Source of the DNA: an uncultured Nitrospinaceae bacterium
Lineage (GTDB): Bacteria > UBA8248
DNA: 41,090 bases
Assembly (NCBI GenBank): GCA_964620535.1
Contig: CAZUHN010000006.1
Coordinates: 1 to 41,090, forward strand
Reading direction: 5' to 3'
Shown here: positions 25,884 to 37,294 of the stretch, piece after piece
Position numbering within the stretch: the stretch's first letter is position 1
Layout: the number at the start of each line of letters is the position of its first letter
Translations under genes and position numbers: made by a program
Notes under the pieces: model-generated
The model's database searches: none
What the model was told of the DNA's origin: nothing
The model's input: only the letters and a program-made list of their open reading frames with translations

Positions 25884-26887
25884 GTCTTTCTCTCCTTCAA
25901 TTTCTCCTCTATCTTATTCACCCGCGTGAGTAGCTCAGGCAGTCTTCGATAGACGGCGATTCTCCGGCGGACTTGGCTCACCTCATCCGCCGGTGAATCC
26001 AAATACGTTTTCCCCCCTTCTATGTTTTTTGTTATTCCTGTCTGTGCCCCGATTTGCGCCCCCTCTCCGATTTCAACATGGTCAGCCACACCAACCTGGC
26101 CGCCCAATATGGCTCCTTTTCCAATCTTAACACTTCCAGATATTCCCACCTGGCTGGCCAAAACACATCCTTCTCCTATATCTACGTTGTGCCCGATTTG
26201 GACAAGATTGTCGATTTTGGTTCCCCGCCCAATACTGGTCACACCGAGGGCCGCCCGATCGATTGTGGTATTAGCACCAATTTCAACGCCATCTTCAATC
26301 ATAACCGAACCTGTCTGAGGAAATTTTTCAAAACCCCCCTTTTCATCCGGCACATAACCAAAACCATCTGCGCCTATGACTGCTCCAGCATGAATCGTGA
26401 CATAGGCGCCTAATTTAACGGACGAGTAGAGAACGGCGTTGGGGTGAATAACGCACTTTTGCCCCATGATCACCTCGTTCCCTATCCGGACCCCGGCACC
26501 GATTTGGCATCCGGCACCAATATTCGCTCCTTTTCCGATAGATGCATAAGGACCCACCGATACACATTCTCCGATCCGAACCCCCTCGTTTATTTGTGCA
26601 GCTGGATGAATTCCTGGTTCAGGAAGCAATTGAGGACGAAAAATGTGGATGGCTTTGATAAATCCCAATATTGGATTGTCGCAACGTATTCCGGGTCGCC
26701 CCGGATCCACATCGGAGGGAACGACTAATGCACCTGCCGCAGTCGGCTTTTTGAGGCGCTCCAATGAGTCGGCGCAGCTTAATGCGTCGGGCCCTGCAGT
26801 GTTATAGTCCGCCACATCACTTACTTCGCAATCTCCATCGCCGAACACTTCTCCATTAATTCGCTCGGCGATTTCCGAAAGGCGCAC
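25880..26887 (-). CDS. lpxD: UDP-3-O-(3-hydroxyacyl)glucosamine N-acyltransferase
   Basis: [19 protein letters not shown] and [12 protein letters not shown], plus hexapeptide repeats. Confidence 0.96.
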   Translation of the reverse strand: MRLSEIAERINGEVFGDGDCEVSDVADYNTAGPDALSCADSLERLKKPTAAGALVVPSDVDPGRPGIRCDNPILGFIKAIHIFRPQLLPEPGIHPAAQINEGVRIGECVSVGPYASIGKGANIGAGCQIGAGVRIGNEVIMGQKCVIHPNAVLYSSVKLGAYVTIHAGAVIGADGFGYVPDEKGGFEKFPQTGSVMIEDGVEIGANTTIDRAALGVTSIGRGTKIDNLVQIGHNVDIGEGCVLASQVGISGSVKIGKGAILGGQVGVADHVEIGEGAQIGAQTGITKNIEGGKTYLDSPADEVSQVRRRIAVYRRLPELLTRVNKIEEKLKERKT

Positions 26888-26889
26888 TT

Positions 26890-27465
26890 TTATCTCTTTT
26901 TCTGGTCGTACCTTTTGATAACCAATTTCGTGATATCCAATGCTTTCTCGAAAAATAATATGCCACCAGTTGATCTATCCACGATAAGAGCGAATTTCAT
27001 TTCGGCTCCGATTTCCATTACCGTCTCACGTATTTCCCTTATGAACCGATCAAACATTTTCTGGCGACGACCTCGAAGATCATTATTGCTTTCCTTGATG
27101 ATCCTTTTCAGATCGTCGTTCATCCTTGCCCCTTCCCGCCTAAGTTTGAGTATCTCGGCAGATTTTCGCTCCCGCTCCTCCTCACGCCATATAGCGCTTT
27201 TTTGGTTAATCTCGAGCTGCAAATCTTGGCCCTTTGCCACAAATTCTTTTAACTCAATCCTCTTTTTATTAATGATTTCCTGTAGATGTACTTTTTCCCT
27301 TTCTATAACAACCCTTGCATCTCTTCCCGCCTTCGAATCGGCCCAGGCCAACCTCAAATCTACAACACCGATTTTACCCGCCCCCATCACTGGGCAAGAA
27401 TAACCTATCACCCAAGTGATTACGGCAATTCCCATCAACGCCATCAAACGAAACTTTTTCCGCAT
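26890..27465 (-). CDS. skp: Periplasmic outer-membrane-protein chaperone Skp/OmpH
   Basis: Signal peptide, KIGVVD, a long basic coiled coil and LDITKLVI; located between bamA and lpxD. Confidence 0.88.
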   Translation of the reverse strand: MRKKFRLMALMGIAVITWVIGYSCPVMGAGKIGVVDLRLAWADSKAGRDARVVIEREKVHLQEIINKKRIELKEFVAKGQDLQLEINQKSAIWREEERERKSAEILKLRREGARMNDDLKRIIKESNNDLRGRRQKMFDRFIREIRETVMEIGAEMKFALIVDRSTGGILFFEKALDITKLVIKRYDQKKR

Positions 27466-27513
27466 ATTCTCAAAAAACCCTTTAATAGAACTTCCGATTA
27501 TTTCTTGTCTCGA

Positions 27514-29850
27514 TTAGAAAGATGCACCCAATTCAAAATGGACCTCTCGCCGTCTCTCATCTGACTTTTTATCCAACTTATAACCCAGATCGAAACGAAT
27601 CGGGCCCAATGGCGTTATAAAACGAAGTCCCCCTCCACCGCCTATTCGCACATCCGATACATCAAATGCATTATGCCTCTCCCATACGTTACCCACATCT
27701 AGAAAAATTGCAATAAGAGTGGGTCCAAAGAAGGGATGGGTCAATTCATTAGATACAAGGCCAGTCGAGTAGCCGCCAATTGCATCGCCTTCAATGTCCT
27801 TCGGGCCCAAGTCATTACTTTCAAATCCTCGTACAATTCGGCGCCCCCTTAAAAATAATCTACGAACAGTGGGAAGAGAGCCATTATAAGCATCGGCATA
27901 ACGAGCATCTACACGATATGACCAAACCAATTGTTTCAAAAATCGTCTTCTAAATTTTTCACCTATATTATGGTACTGACGGAATTCCGCCGAAGAAGAA
28001 ATAACATCTATATCACCGCCCAAGACGCCACCCGAAATGCCCACGGCAGTTCGGGCCAATGTCCCTGATATTGGCGTAAACCTACGGCTTCCGGTGCCAA
28101 AAACTCGACTATCAAATTTCAGGGATGGAGTTATGCTGCTCGTCAACAGCGACTTATTGGCATCATCGAGAATGAACTGAGGAGCAATGCTCTTTACGCG
28201 GAAGATCCTTGCGCTGGAAAGTTCATAAGTCAGACCGGCTCCAACGAATTCGGACAAACTTCTTCCCAGGGTTATTCGTCCTCCCTCGACTCGGGTATGA
28301 TACGCGTGAAATTCCTGATCTACGAAAAATATCTCGCCACCCAAAGAAAAATCAGAGTCGCGTAAATTTGGGTCAGTGAAGGAAAAAATAAAATCCGTAC
28401 TAGAGCCAGAAAAACGTCCCAAAAGGGACGCAATGAATCCTTTCCCGAACAAATTCTGTTCCCGTAATTCAGCCGTAAGTATAGAACCTTCGTCACTATT
28501 GAAGCCAAGTCCACCCGAAAGAGCACCAGTTGGTATCTCATCGACTTCTATGTCAATATCAAGGATTTCATCAGATACAACTCGACGTTTCTCAATTATT
28601 CGCGGATCTCCGAAATAACCGAGCTTTTGAAGCCGAGACCGCGTATGGGCCAAGTTTTTAGAATTATAAAGAGACCCTTCCGCAACTCGTATCTCGCGGC
28701 GAACAACATTTTCTCGTGTTCGAGTGTTCCCCTTAATATTTACCTTCCCTATAAAAACACGCCGACCCTTGTTAACGTTGAAAATAATGTCAACGGTTTT
28801 CTTCTCGTCGTTCGGTGATGTAACAGGTTGAATATCGACGAAGGCATATCCCCGTCCAGCGAAGATATTCGTTATCCTCTGGACATCCTTGAGCATCAAG
28901 GTGTGATTGTAAATATCCCCTTCAAAAAGCGGTGATTTCGCCAAAAGCTCTTCGGGTGGAACAACATCCTCTCCACCGCGAACCTCGACATTTCCAACAC
29001 TATAGGCGAGCCCCTCGCTAACAGGAATCGTAATGTGAATTTTTCCCTTTTCCCTATCTTCTCGAACAACAGGTTGACCTATTTGCGCTTTCAGAAAACC
29101 GTTTTTTTGGTATTGTAACCGAATCCGGACTAGATCTTTTTGGAGTTCTTCTTCCGTAAAAACACCCGATCCGGTAATAAAGGAGAAAAAACCACCTTCC
29201 GTTGTTTCCATCGTACCGAGGAGATCTCTTCGGGATAGATTATTATTTCCCGTAAACTGGACCGTCTCTATCTGTACTGTCTCGCCTTCATCAATACGAA
29301 AAGTTACACCGATATTATTTCGCCTGCCCTCCTTAAGAACAGCTTCCACTCGAGCAAAATAATATCCCTTTTCCTGATAGAGTTTTATTATGTTTCGAAC
29401 TGTTTCTTTTATCGCTACTTCGCTCACGATAGTTTGGACTTTCACTGTTACTCGTTCACGGATTTTTTCCTCATCCAGCCGGGAATTTCCCATAATTTTC
29501 ACAAGATTAATGGTGGGCTTTTCATTGATAACGTAAATTACTTTCAGGCCACCTTCAAAAGGTTCCACATCTACCCGGACGTCTCGAAAAAACCCGAGTT
29601 CGTAGATGGTTTTCACGTCCTTGCGGATCAATTCAACCAGTTCCACATTCGTGTAGGAACTTCTTTCGGCTAATTTAATGTAGAAGAGGATGGTAGATCG
29701 GTCGACGCGTCGATTTCCTTGAATTTCAATCGCCCTAATTTCGATCTCGGGGGTGGTGGGCTGACTGTAAGACGTAGATGGCACCCATAACAAAAAAATA
29801 AACGCCAATAAGGCGCAAAATAACACATCGGTCGTATTTCGCATTGACAC
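27514..29850 (-). CDS. bamA: Outer membrane protein assembly factor BamA
   Basis: Signal peptide, POTRA repeats (GNRRV, GFF, GNTRTRENVVRRE), VRGF loop motif, TPLGPIRFD and a C-terminal Phe. Confidence 0.95.
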   Translation of the reverse strand: MSMRNTTDVLFCALLAFIFLLWVPSTSYSQPTTPEIEIRAIEIQGNRRVDRSTILFYIKLAERSSYTNVELVELIRKDVKTIYELGFFRDVRVDVEPFEGGLKVIYVINEKPTINLVKIMGNSRLDEEKIRERVTVKVQTIVSEVAIKETVRNIIKLYQEKGYYFARVEAVLKEGRRNNIGVTFRIDEGETVQIETVQFTGNNNLSRRDLLGTMETTEGGFFSFITGSGVFTEEELQKDLVRIRLQYQKNGFLKAQIGQPVVREDREKGKIHITIPVSEGLAYSVGNVEVRGGEDVVPPEELLAKSPLFEGDIYNHTLMLKDVQRITNIFAGRGYAFVDIQPVTSPNDEKKTVDIIFNVNKGRRVFIGKVNIKGNTRTRENVVRREIRVAEGSLYNSKNLAHTRSRLQKLGYFGDPRIIEKRRVVSDEILDIDIEVDEIPTGALSGGLGFNSDEGSILTAELREQNLFGKGFIASLLGRFSGSSTDFIFSFTDPNLRDSDFSLGGEIFFVDQEFHAYHTRVEGGRITLGRSLSEFVGAGLTYELSSARIFRVKSIAPQFILDDANKSLLTSSITPSLKFDSRVFGTGSRRFTPISGTLARTAVGISGGVLGGDIDVISSSAEFRQYHNIGEKFRRRFLKQLVWSYRVDARYADAYNGSLPTVRRLFLRGRRIVRGFESNDLGPKDIEGDAIGGYSTGLVSNELTHPFFGPTLIAIFLDVGNVWERHNAFDVSDVRIGGGGGLRFITPLGPIRFDLGYKLDKKSDERRREVHFELGASF

Positions 29851-29897
29851 GCACCTTAGCTGTATATCAGGGACCTTAAAACAAGCGGGCGCAACCC

Positions 29898-32345
29898 TTA
29901 AACGTCCCTTATGCTAAGTACCTCAGAGTTTTCTTTAGATTCAAAAACCAATTCATCGCCAGCAAGTTTCGCGAGGACGACACCTCCATCTGAGAACTTC
30001 CCTCGAAGAATTTCCTCACTAAGGGTGTCCTCTATCTGGCGCTGAATGACCCTGCGGAGCGGTCGTGCTCCATAAGCTGGATCGTAACCCTCCTTTGCAA
30101 GCCATTCCCGCGCCTCGTCCGTTAATTCTACGCTCATCCCCTTGTCCGACAATGTCATATTTACTTTTACCACCTCAATATCAATGATTTTAAGGATGTC
30201 TTCTTTTGTAAGCGGATGAAAAATAACTACCTCATCAATCCGGTTCAAAAATTCGGGATTGAAAGTTCTCTTCAGCTCGTCTCGAATACTGTCTTTCATC
30301 CTCTCAAAATTGGACAAAGAATCCGCCTTCTGGAAACCAAGTGACGTGCCTTTTTCGATAGATCGAGCTGAAAGGTTTGAAGTCATAATAATAATCGTAT
30401 TCCTGAAATCAACTGCGCGCCCGTAACTATCGGTCAAAATCCCATCGTCCATCACCTGAAGCAGAATATGGTATACGTCGGGGTGTGCCTTCTCCATTTC
30501 ATCGAGCAGAATGACCGAATACGGTTTCCTGCGTACGCGTTCAGTAAGTTGCCCTCCTTCTTCATAGCCGACGTATCCCGGAGGGGCTCCGGTTAATCTC
30601 GATACGCTGAAGCGCTCCATGTACTCGCTCATGTCGATTCGAATGAGAGCCGACTGATCTCCAAACATAAATTCGACCAACACTCGAGCCATCTCCGTCT
30701 TTCCCACCCCAGTGGGACCGAGAAAGAGAAAACTCCCTATCGGGCGTTTGGGGTTTTTTAAACCAGCCCTTGATCTCCGAACAACCTTGGTGAGCAACCT
30801 GGTGGCTTCCTCTTGCGCGATTATTTTCGCGTTTAATTCCTCTTCCATCCGAAGAAGCCGCTGGTTTTCCACCTCTTCGATGCGCTGAAGGGGAATCCCC
30901 GTCATTCGGCTTACCACGAACGCGACATCTTCCTCCGTGACTGCAGGTTCCTCTTCCGACTGGCAAGAGGACCACTCTTCTTTTAGTTCTTCCAGTTTGT
31001 CTCGATTTTGTTCTTCTTGATCCCGAAGTTCTACAGCCTTCTCGAAATCCTGTTTTTCAATCATGTCCTTTTTAAGGCGAACCTTTTCCTCGATGTCTCG
31101 CTGAAGATCCCGGATACTCGGCGGGAAGGTTTCCCTTTCCAGGCGAACCTTACTGCCGGCCTCATCGATGACATCGATCGCTTTATCCGGAAGAAAGCGG
31201 TCAGAAACATATTGCGAGGAAAGTTTCACAGCTGAAACTATAGCCTCATCCTGGATTTGCGCATTGTGATGCCTTTCATATTTGTCCTTTAAGCCACGAA
31301 GAATGCTAATCGTATCGTCGTTCGAGGGAGGGTCAACCGTGATATTTTGGAAGCGTCTTTCCAGCGCTCCGTTTTTCTCTATGTACTTACGATACTCATC
31401 AAGAGTTGTGGCGCCGATACATTGAAGCTCTCCCCGGCTGAGCGCCGGCTTGAGCATATTGGAAGCATCGATAGAGCCCTCGGCGGCACCCGCTCCCACA
31501 AGTGTGTGAAGTTCGTCGATGAAAATGATCACGTCTTTGCTCTGTGTTATTTCTTTCATAATTACCTTCAAGCGCGCTTCGAATTGCCCGCGGTATTTCG
31601 TACCTGCGACAAGTGCCCCAAGGTCAAGCGCAACAACGCGTTTATCATAGAGGATTTGGGGAACATCCTTGGCAACGATGAGTTGTGCAAGTCCTTCTAC
31701 GATAGCCGTTTTTCCGACGCCTGGCTCACCTATCAATACGGGATTGTTCTTGGTCCGGCGGGCCAAAATTTGAATAACTCGTTCGATCTCATTTTCGCGA
31801 CCGATCACAGGATCTAATTTTCCTTCCTCGGCCAGTTCGGTCAAATCGCGGCCGAACTCATCGAGCGCGGGAGTTTTACTTTTTTCACGGGAACGCGTAG
31901 CAACTGGTTCACGCAGGAGGTTGATTGTTTGTTCGCGCGTCTGCTGAAGCTTCACGCCGAAGCTTGCCAAAATCTTTGCCGCCAAGCCGTCCTTCTCACG
32001 AACAATTCCCAACAGAAGATGCTCTGTACCAATGTAGTTATGGCCCATAAGACGGGCTTCCTCAACAGCGTACTCAAGCACCTTTTTTGCTTTTGGAGTG
32101 AAGGGAATATCACCTTCGATAGGTCCGCTCAGGCTTTTGGGCAGATTTCTCTCCAATTCAAGGCGCAATTGCTTCGGATCAACCCCCAGCTTTTGGAGAA
32201 CTGCAATCGCAATCCCTCCTCCATCCTTCAATACGCCGAGAAGGATGTGCTCGGTGCCAAGATACTCATGCCGATAATGTTCAGCTTCCTCCCTAGCACG
32301 GATGATTACTTTCCTAGCACGCTCGGTGAATCGCTTGAACATCAC
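29898..32345 (-). CDS. clpC: ATP-dependent Clp protease ATPase subunit, ClpC type
   Basis: Double Clp-N repeat (GTEH twice); two AAA+ modules ([16 protein letters not shown]); short UVR middle domain ([11 protein letters not shown]); ClpP-docking LGF loop; 815 aa. Confidence 0.92.
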   Translation of the reverse strand: MMFKRFTERARKVIIRAREEAEHYRHEYLGTEHILLGVLKDGGGIAIAVLQKLGVDPKQLRLELERNLPKSLSGPIEGDIPFTPKAKKVLEYAVEEARLMGHNYIGTEHLLLGIVREKDGLAAKILASFGVKLQQTREQTINLLREPVATRSREKSKTPALDEFGRDLTELAEEGKLDPVIGRENEIERVIQILARRTKNNPVLIGEPGVGKTAIVEGLAQLIVAKDVPQILYDKRVVALDLGALVAGTKYRGQFEARLKVIMKEITQSKDVIIFIDELHTLVGAGAAEGSIDASNMLKPALSRGELQCIGATTLDEYRKYIEKNGALERRFQNITVDPPSNDDTISILRGLKDKYERHHNAQIQDEAIVSAVKLSSQYVSDRFLPDKAIDVIDEAGSKVRLERETFPPSIRDLQRDIEEKVRLKKDMIEKQDFEKAVELRDQEEQNRDKLEELKEEWSSCQSEEEPAVTEEDVAFVVSRMTGIPLQRIEEVENQRLLRMEEELNAKIIAQEEATRLLTKVVRRSRAGLKNPKRPIGSFLFLGPTGVGKTEMARVLVEFMFGDQSALIRIDMSEYMERFSVSRLTGAPPGYVGYEEGGQLTERVRRKPYSVILLDEMEKAHPDVYHILLQVMDDGILTDSYGRAVDFRNTIIIMTSNLSARSIEKGTSLGFQKADSLSNFERMKDSIRDELKRTFNPEFLNRIDEVVIFHPLTKEDILKIIDIEVVKVNMTLSDKGMSVELTDEAREWLAKEGYDPAYGARPLRRVIQRQIEDTLSEEILRGKFSDGGVVLAKLAGDELVFESKENSEVLSIRDV

Positions 32346-32355
32346 GCCCCCTTAC

Positions 32356-33090
32356 TTACAATTTACCGGTTATCCGACCATCCCTCATGGTAACGATTCG
32401 ATCCATTTGCGCTGAAATCGAAGGATTGTGAGTAACTACAAGAATCGTTAAATTTCTATTGCCATTAAACTCCCTAAGCAAATTCACAATAGATCCTGAG
32501 GCCCTCGAATCGAGATTGCCCGTGGGTTCATCCGCGAGAACAATAGGCGGGTCATTAACTAACGCCCTTGCTACCGCTACCCGTTGTTGCTCACCTCCTG
32601 AAAGTTCTGCAGGGCGGTGATTCGCTCGAGTTCCCAGCCCCACTTTTTCAATCAAATCTCGTGCCTTAATTTCCGTTTCCCGTCTGGATTTCGATCCCAA
32701 CAGCCCTGGTATTATTACATTTTCCAGGGCAGTGAATTCCGGCAACAAATGGTGGAACTGAAATACAAATCCCAGACAACGATTTCGAAATTGAGCAAGT
32801 TCCGCATCCGGTCGACTGTGGATCCGCTCCCCCCTAAAGAATACCCCCCCCGATGAGGGGCGGTCCAACGCACCAATCAAATGAAGAAGGGTGCTTTTAC
32901 CAGCTCCAGAAGCCCCTACCAGAGCAACCATTTCGCCCCGGATAATCTCAAGGTCAACACCCCGCAATGCTTGAATTTCACCCCCGGGGACGAAATATGA
33001 TTTCTTCAAATCTCGAATTGATACAATTATATCTCTTCCTTCAATGCTTTGGACGTGCATACTTACTTCGCTACTGGTTTGCTCACCCAT
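32356..33090 (-). CDS. lolD: Lipoprotein-releasing ABC transporter ATPase
   Basis: [38 protein letters not shown] and [12 protein letters not shown] 33090 overlaps the end of the permease gene. Confidence 0.92.
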   Translation of the reverse strand: MGEQTSSEVSMHVQSIEGRDIIVSIRDLKKSYFVPGGEIQALRGVDLEIIRGEMVALVGASGAGKSTLLHLIGALDRPSSGGVFFRGERIHSRPDAELAQFRNRCLGFVFQFHHLLPEFTALENVIIPGLLGSKSRRETEIKARDLIEKVGLGTRANHRPAELSGGEQQRVAVARALVNDPPIVLADEPTGNLDSRASGSIVNLLREFNGNRNLTILVVTHNPSISAQMDRIVTMRDGRITGKL

Positions 33091-34393
33091 AGCGAAGCAT
33101 TTCCACAGGGTCCACCCGAGAAGCCCGCCAAGCAGGATAAAGCGTAGCTCCAAGGCTTATTATCACCGCAATAACCGCTGTTGCCGTCACATCAACAAAT
33201 GTCATGCGAACCGGCAACTTATCTATATGGTAGACGCTGGCCGGAAGGATGTCCAGACCTAGAAATTTTTCCAAAAAATTCTCCACAATTGATAGTTTCC
33301 ATCCCAGCGTCAATCCCCCGACGGTCCCTAAAACCGAACCTGACAATCCCATAATTGCACCCTGAATGAAAAAAATCCGTAAAATTGCCCCTCTGGTTGC
33401 CCCCATTGATATTAGTATGGCAATTTCTTTTCCTTTTTCCATTACTACCATGATAAGAGAACCTACGATATTAAAGGCCGCTACAATGATTACCAGAAGG
33501 AGCAGTATGAACATGGTGATTCTTTCGGTTTTGAGGGCGGAAAACAAATTTACATTCATGCGTTGCCAAGAGCGTGCCCAATATGGCCCTTTGGCCCTTT
33601 TTAAATTTTTCAAATCTTTTTGCAGTTCATTTGCTACCTTCTCCGCAGCGAAAATATCACGAACACGAGCGTGAATTCCTGTTACTCCATCTTTAATCCC
33701 AAAAAAATCTTGGGCATCTTTGATAGATATAAATGCCATCCCCGAATCGAATTGGTAAAAACCGCTGCGGAAAGTACCCACAACCTTGAAACGTCTTGTT
33801 AGGGGCAGCATACCAGCAGGGGTTACCACCCCAACGGGGCTCACCATCGTTACATCGTCCCCTACATTCGCACCCAGGATAGTTGCCAACACCTCTCCGA
33901 TCACCAACCCGGCCGAAGGAATCTCGCTTTTCTTCTTTCGGTCCGAGGCAATTATTGACTCATGACTGTTTAGTCTTTCAAGCGATCCGGGCTGAATATA
34001 TTTACCGATATCGGTAACATCGATCTCCCGAGACGGATCGATTCCGCGTACAATAGCCCCGGCAACCCCCGTCCGGGAGGTGAGCATTACCTGGCCAAAC
34101 ACAAATGGGCTCGCTGCAACTATTTCAGGAACATCCTGGATATGGGATATTACTTCGCGCCATTTTTCCATGGCACCTTCACCAATCTTATACACCTCAA
34201 TGTGGCTCTGGGTTCCCAAAAGCTTAATGCGGATTTCCCGCTGAAATCCAGTCATTACGCCAACAACAACAATGAGAACCGCGACGCCAAGTGCGATACC
34301 GATGACAGAAATCCACGTTGTTAAAGATACGAATCCCGCCTTCTTCGCACGCAGATGTTGCAAGCTAATCTGCATTTCTACGGCGATTGGCAT
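33083..34393 (-). CDS. Lipoprotein-releasing ABC transporter permease (single LolC/LolE/LolF-type subunit)
   Basis: GIALGV, VMTGF, VRGID, AFNI, EKGKEIAIL, YHIDKLP and YPAWRA. Confidence 0.92.
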   Translation of the reverse strand: MPIAVEMQISLQHLRAKKAGFVSLTTWISVIGIALGVAVLIVVVGVMTGFQREIRIKLLGTQSHIEVYKIGEGAMEKWREVISHIQDVPEIVAASPFVFGQVMLTSRTGVAGAIVRGIDPSREIDVTDIGKYIQPGSLERLNSHESIIASDRKKKSEIPSAGLVIGEVLATILGANVGDDVTMVSPVGVVTPAGMLPLTRRFKVVGTFRSGFYQFDSGMAFISIKDAQDFFGIKDGVTGIHARVRDIFAAEKVANELQKDLKNLKRAKGPYWARSWQRMNVNLFSALKTERITMFILLLLVIIVAAFNIVGSLIMVVMEKGKEIAILISMGATRGAILRIFFIQGAIMGLSGSVLGTVGGLTLGWKLSIVENFLEKFLGLDILPASVYHIDKLPVRMTFVDVTATAVIAVIISLGATLYPAWRASRVDPVEMLRYG

Positions 34394-34398
34394 ATTTT

Positions 34399-35976
34399 CT
34401 ATTCTTTCTTTTTACGAAGAAGAGGAAAAAAAATGACATCCCGAATGGAGCTCGAATCGGTAAAAAGCATGGCCAACCGATCAATCCCGATTCCCTCTCC
34501 TGCCGTAGGTGGCATCCCATATTCCAGCGCTCGAATATAATCCCAATCCACATCTGATGCGTTCTCGTTCCCCTTTTCTTTTTCATCGGACTGCTTCAAA
34601 AATCGGTCACGCTGTTCGTCCGGATCGTTCAATTCTGTATAAGCGTTAGCTATTTCGTGGCCAGCCACAATCAACTCGAACCGCTCAACGGTTTCCGCAT
34701 CGTCTTCCCGGCTTTTTGAAAGAGGGGAAAGCGCACGCGGGAAGTCGTATATAAAGGTCGGCTGGCGAAGCTTCGGTTCCACAATTCCTTCAAACAGAAA
34801 ATCAAGTATGTGGACATGGTCCATTTCACACGAAATTACATTCCCTTTGGGAGCAGCGATTTCCCGGGCATAGTCTCTTGCACATTCTTCATCCTCTAAC
34901 ACTTGCGGCGATGCCCCACCCACTTCAACGATGGCTTCCCGCCATTTTATCCGCGGCCATTTCGGAGAAAGTGATATTTCTTCTCCGCCGTATTTGATCT
35001 TCCTTTCCCCAAAGAGATAATCCGCCAGGGAGGAAATCATTTCTTCAGTTAACGCCATGAGATCGTTGTAATCGGAATAAGCCATATAGAATTCGAGCAT
35101 TGTGAATTCTGGATTATGCTGTGTGGAAATTCCTTCGTTTCGGAAATTCCGGTTGATTTCATAGACGCGGTCGAGACCGCCGACGACTAAGCGCTTAAGG
35201 AAAAGCTCGGGGGCCACGCGGAGAAAGAGCGGCATGTCCAGCGTATTGTGGTACGTTTTAAATGGGCGGGCCGCAGCACCGCCCGGAATGGCTTGCATCA
35301 TCGGAGTTTCTACTTCTAGAAATCTCCGCTCATCGAGGAATCGGCGGATGAACTGGATCATCCGCGTTCGAGTGTGAAAGATCTCCGTTACCTCCGGATT
35401 TGCAATGAGATCCACATATCGATGGCGGTAACGAGCCTCCACGTCCCGTATTCCGTGCCATTTTTCGGGAAGTGGGATAAGGCTTTTCGTCAAAATATCG
35501 GCCTCGCGAACCCAAAGGGAGAGCTCGTCAGTTCGTGTACGAAAAATCCCTCCGCTGCATCCAATAATATCGCCAATATCGAAGTCCTTGGCACGTGCGA
35601 ATGCTTTATCTCCAAGGTCGTTCAAACGGAAGAAAAGCTGAATCCGTCCTGTCGCATCCTTCAGGTCCATGAAAAGGACTTTCCCTTGTAGGCGCTTGGC
35701 CATGAGCCGGCCGGCGATGACGAATATTTTCTCCTTTTCTTCCTCAAAATCATCTTGCATCCAATCCTTATACTTGGAAATTAACTCCCCGATCTGATGA
35801 GAGATAGAAAATCGATTCGCAAAAGGATTTCTGCCTTCTGATTTGATATCATCGAGTTTGGCTCTCCGATTGGCAATGAGTTCGCTCTTCTCTTCATGAG
35901 AAGAAACTTCCTCTTCTCCTGAAGCGCCAGCCGGGGAAGACATATCCTTGTTCTTTTCCGGATCAGTTTTCTTCAT
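34399..35976 (-). CDS. lysS: Lysine--tRNA ligase (class II)
   Basis: [44 protein letters not shown] and [16 protein letters not shown]. Confidence 0.98.
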   Translation of the reverse strand: MKKTDPEKNKDMSSPAGASGEEEVSSHEEKSELIANRRAKLDDIKSEGRNPFANRFSISHQIGELISKYKDWMQDDFEEEKEKIFVIAGRLMAKRLQGKVLFMDLKDATGRIQLFFRLNDLGDKAFARAKDFDIGDIIGCSGGIFRTRTDELSLWVREADILTKSLIPLPEKWHGIRDVEARYRHRYVDLIANPEVTEIFHTRTRMIQFIRRFLDERRFLEVETPMMQAIPGGAAARPFKTYHNTLDMPLFLRVAPELFLKRLVVGGLDRVYEINRNFRNEGISTQHNPEFTMLEFYMAYSDYNDLMALTEEMISSLADYLFGERKIKYGGEEISLSPKWPRIKWREAIVEVGGASPQVLEDEECARDYAREIAAPKGNVISCEMDHVHILDFLFEGIVEPKLRQPTFIYDFPRALSPLSKSREDDAETVERFELIVAGHEIANAYTELNDPDEQRDRFLKQSDEKEKGNENASDVDWDYIRALEYGMPPTAGEGIGIDRLAMLFTDSSSIRDVIFFPLLRKKKE

Positions 35977-36122
35977 GAATTTCTTTCATCCTTCATACCA
36001 GGCAGGCATGAATGCTTACACTCCTAAGTGAACGGAAAATCTATAATTTCCAAACCGACATCGCGAACCAGAGAAGGGAATGCAGTGGGGCAAATGTCTT
36101 TCCAAAACATCTTCGTATTCTC

Positions 36123-37242
36123 TCACGATTTCGCTTCAGCGCGGGCCTCAATAAGTGATATTAGATAGGCATCGATAAACATGTCGATGTCCCCGCCCAA
36201 AACGGTATCTACATTAGAAGTTTCCACATCGGTCCGATGGTCCTTTACCATCCGGTAAGGGTGAAGGATATACGACCGGATCTGGCTTCCGAATCCAATT
36301 GTCTTTTTCATAGCATGAAGCGCCTCTTTTTCTTCTTCACGCTTTCGCCTCTCCAACTCGTAAATCTGGGCGCGCAACAGCTTCATCGCCGTTGCCCGGT
36401 TTTTGTGCTGACTCCGTTCATTCTGGCAAGAAACAACGATGCCCGTCGGAAAATGCGTGATCCGAACAGCCGAGTCAGTAGTATTGACGTGCTGCCCGCC
36501 AGCCCCAGAGCTTCGGAAAACATCAATTCGAAGATCCTTTTCGTTAATCTCAACCTCCACGTCGTCACCCACTTCGGGCGTGACATCTACCGAGGCGAAA
36601 GAAGTGTGCCTTCGACCGCTCGCATCAAATGGAGAGATTCGCACAAGGCGATGGACGCCAACCTCCGACCGTAGATAGCCATACACGTATTCCCCCTGAA
36701 TGATGAGGACGACATTCTTTATCCCCGCCTCTTCCCCCGAGAGCATGGATACGATACGCGTCGAAAATCCTCTCCCTTCCGCCCACCTTGCGTACAAGCG
36801 GAGGAGCATTTCCGCCCAATCCTGGCTCTCCACGCCACCCGCACCAGCGTTCACCGACAGAATGGCGTTGGCGGCATCCCGCTCCTCGTCCATGACGAGT
36901 TGAAATTCAAGCCGATCGATCTCTATTGAGAGGGAAGTTAAATTTTCATTAACCTCTGCTTGGAGGGCCGGATCCGGACTTTCCATCTCCATAAGCTGGA
37001 GAAGGTCATTTTGATCCGTCAACTTAGCGTGGAGACATTTCCAGGTATCGATTGTTTGCTGGAAACCCGCACGCCGCTTTAAAGTTTTTTGAGCGGCCTC
37101 GGTGTCATTCCAGAAATTGGGATCACCAGTGATCTTATCGAGATTCTTACATTTCCCTTCGAGCCCAGAGATGTCAAAGATGGCCTCGTAGTTCCTGGAG
37201 GCGCGCCTCCAGTTTTTCGCCCATCTTTACTAACTCCTCCAT
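36123..37242 (-). CDS. prfB: Peptide chain release factor 2 (+1 programmed frameshift; about 372 aa)
   Basis: Upstream frame MEELVKMGEKLEARLQELRGHL* runs from ATG 37242 (AGGGAG SD) and ends at CTT-TGA-C. The +1 frame from GAC 37175 is in frame with the ORF ending at 36123, which carries the SPF and GGQ motifs. Confidence 0.96.
37173..37188 (-). promoter_or_regulatory. prfB programmed +1 ribosomal frameshift site
   Basis: Minus strand reads CGAGGCCAT-CTTTGAC: the canonical CUU-UGA-C slippery stop, preceded by a short GAGG internal SD-like sequence. Confidence 0.95.
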
Positions 37243-37294
37243 TTCGATCTCCCTGTATCTCCAGACGTAGAAAACAGAAAATACAAGACCAGTA

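Noticed and set aside
29898-32345. ClpB or type VI secretion ClpV
   Set aside because: The short UVR middle domain and LGF ClpP-docking loop indicate ClpC, and no type VI secretion genes are nearby.
36123-37242. prfB as a pseudogene or sequencing frameshift
   Set aside because: The break is the canonical CTT-TGA-C programmed frameshift.
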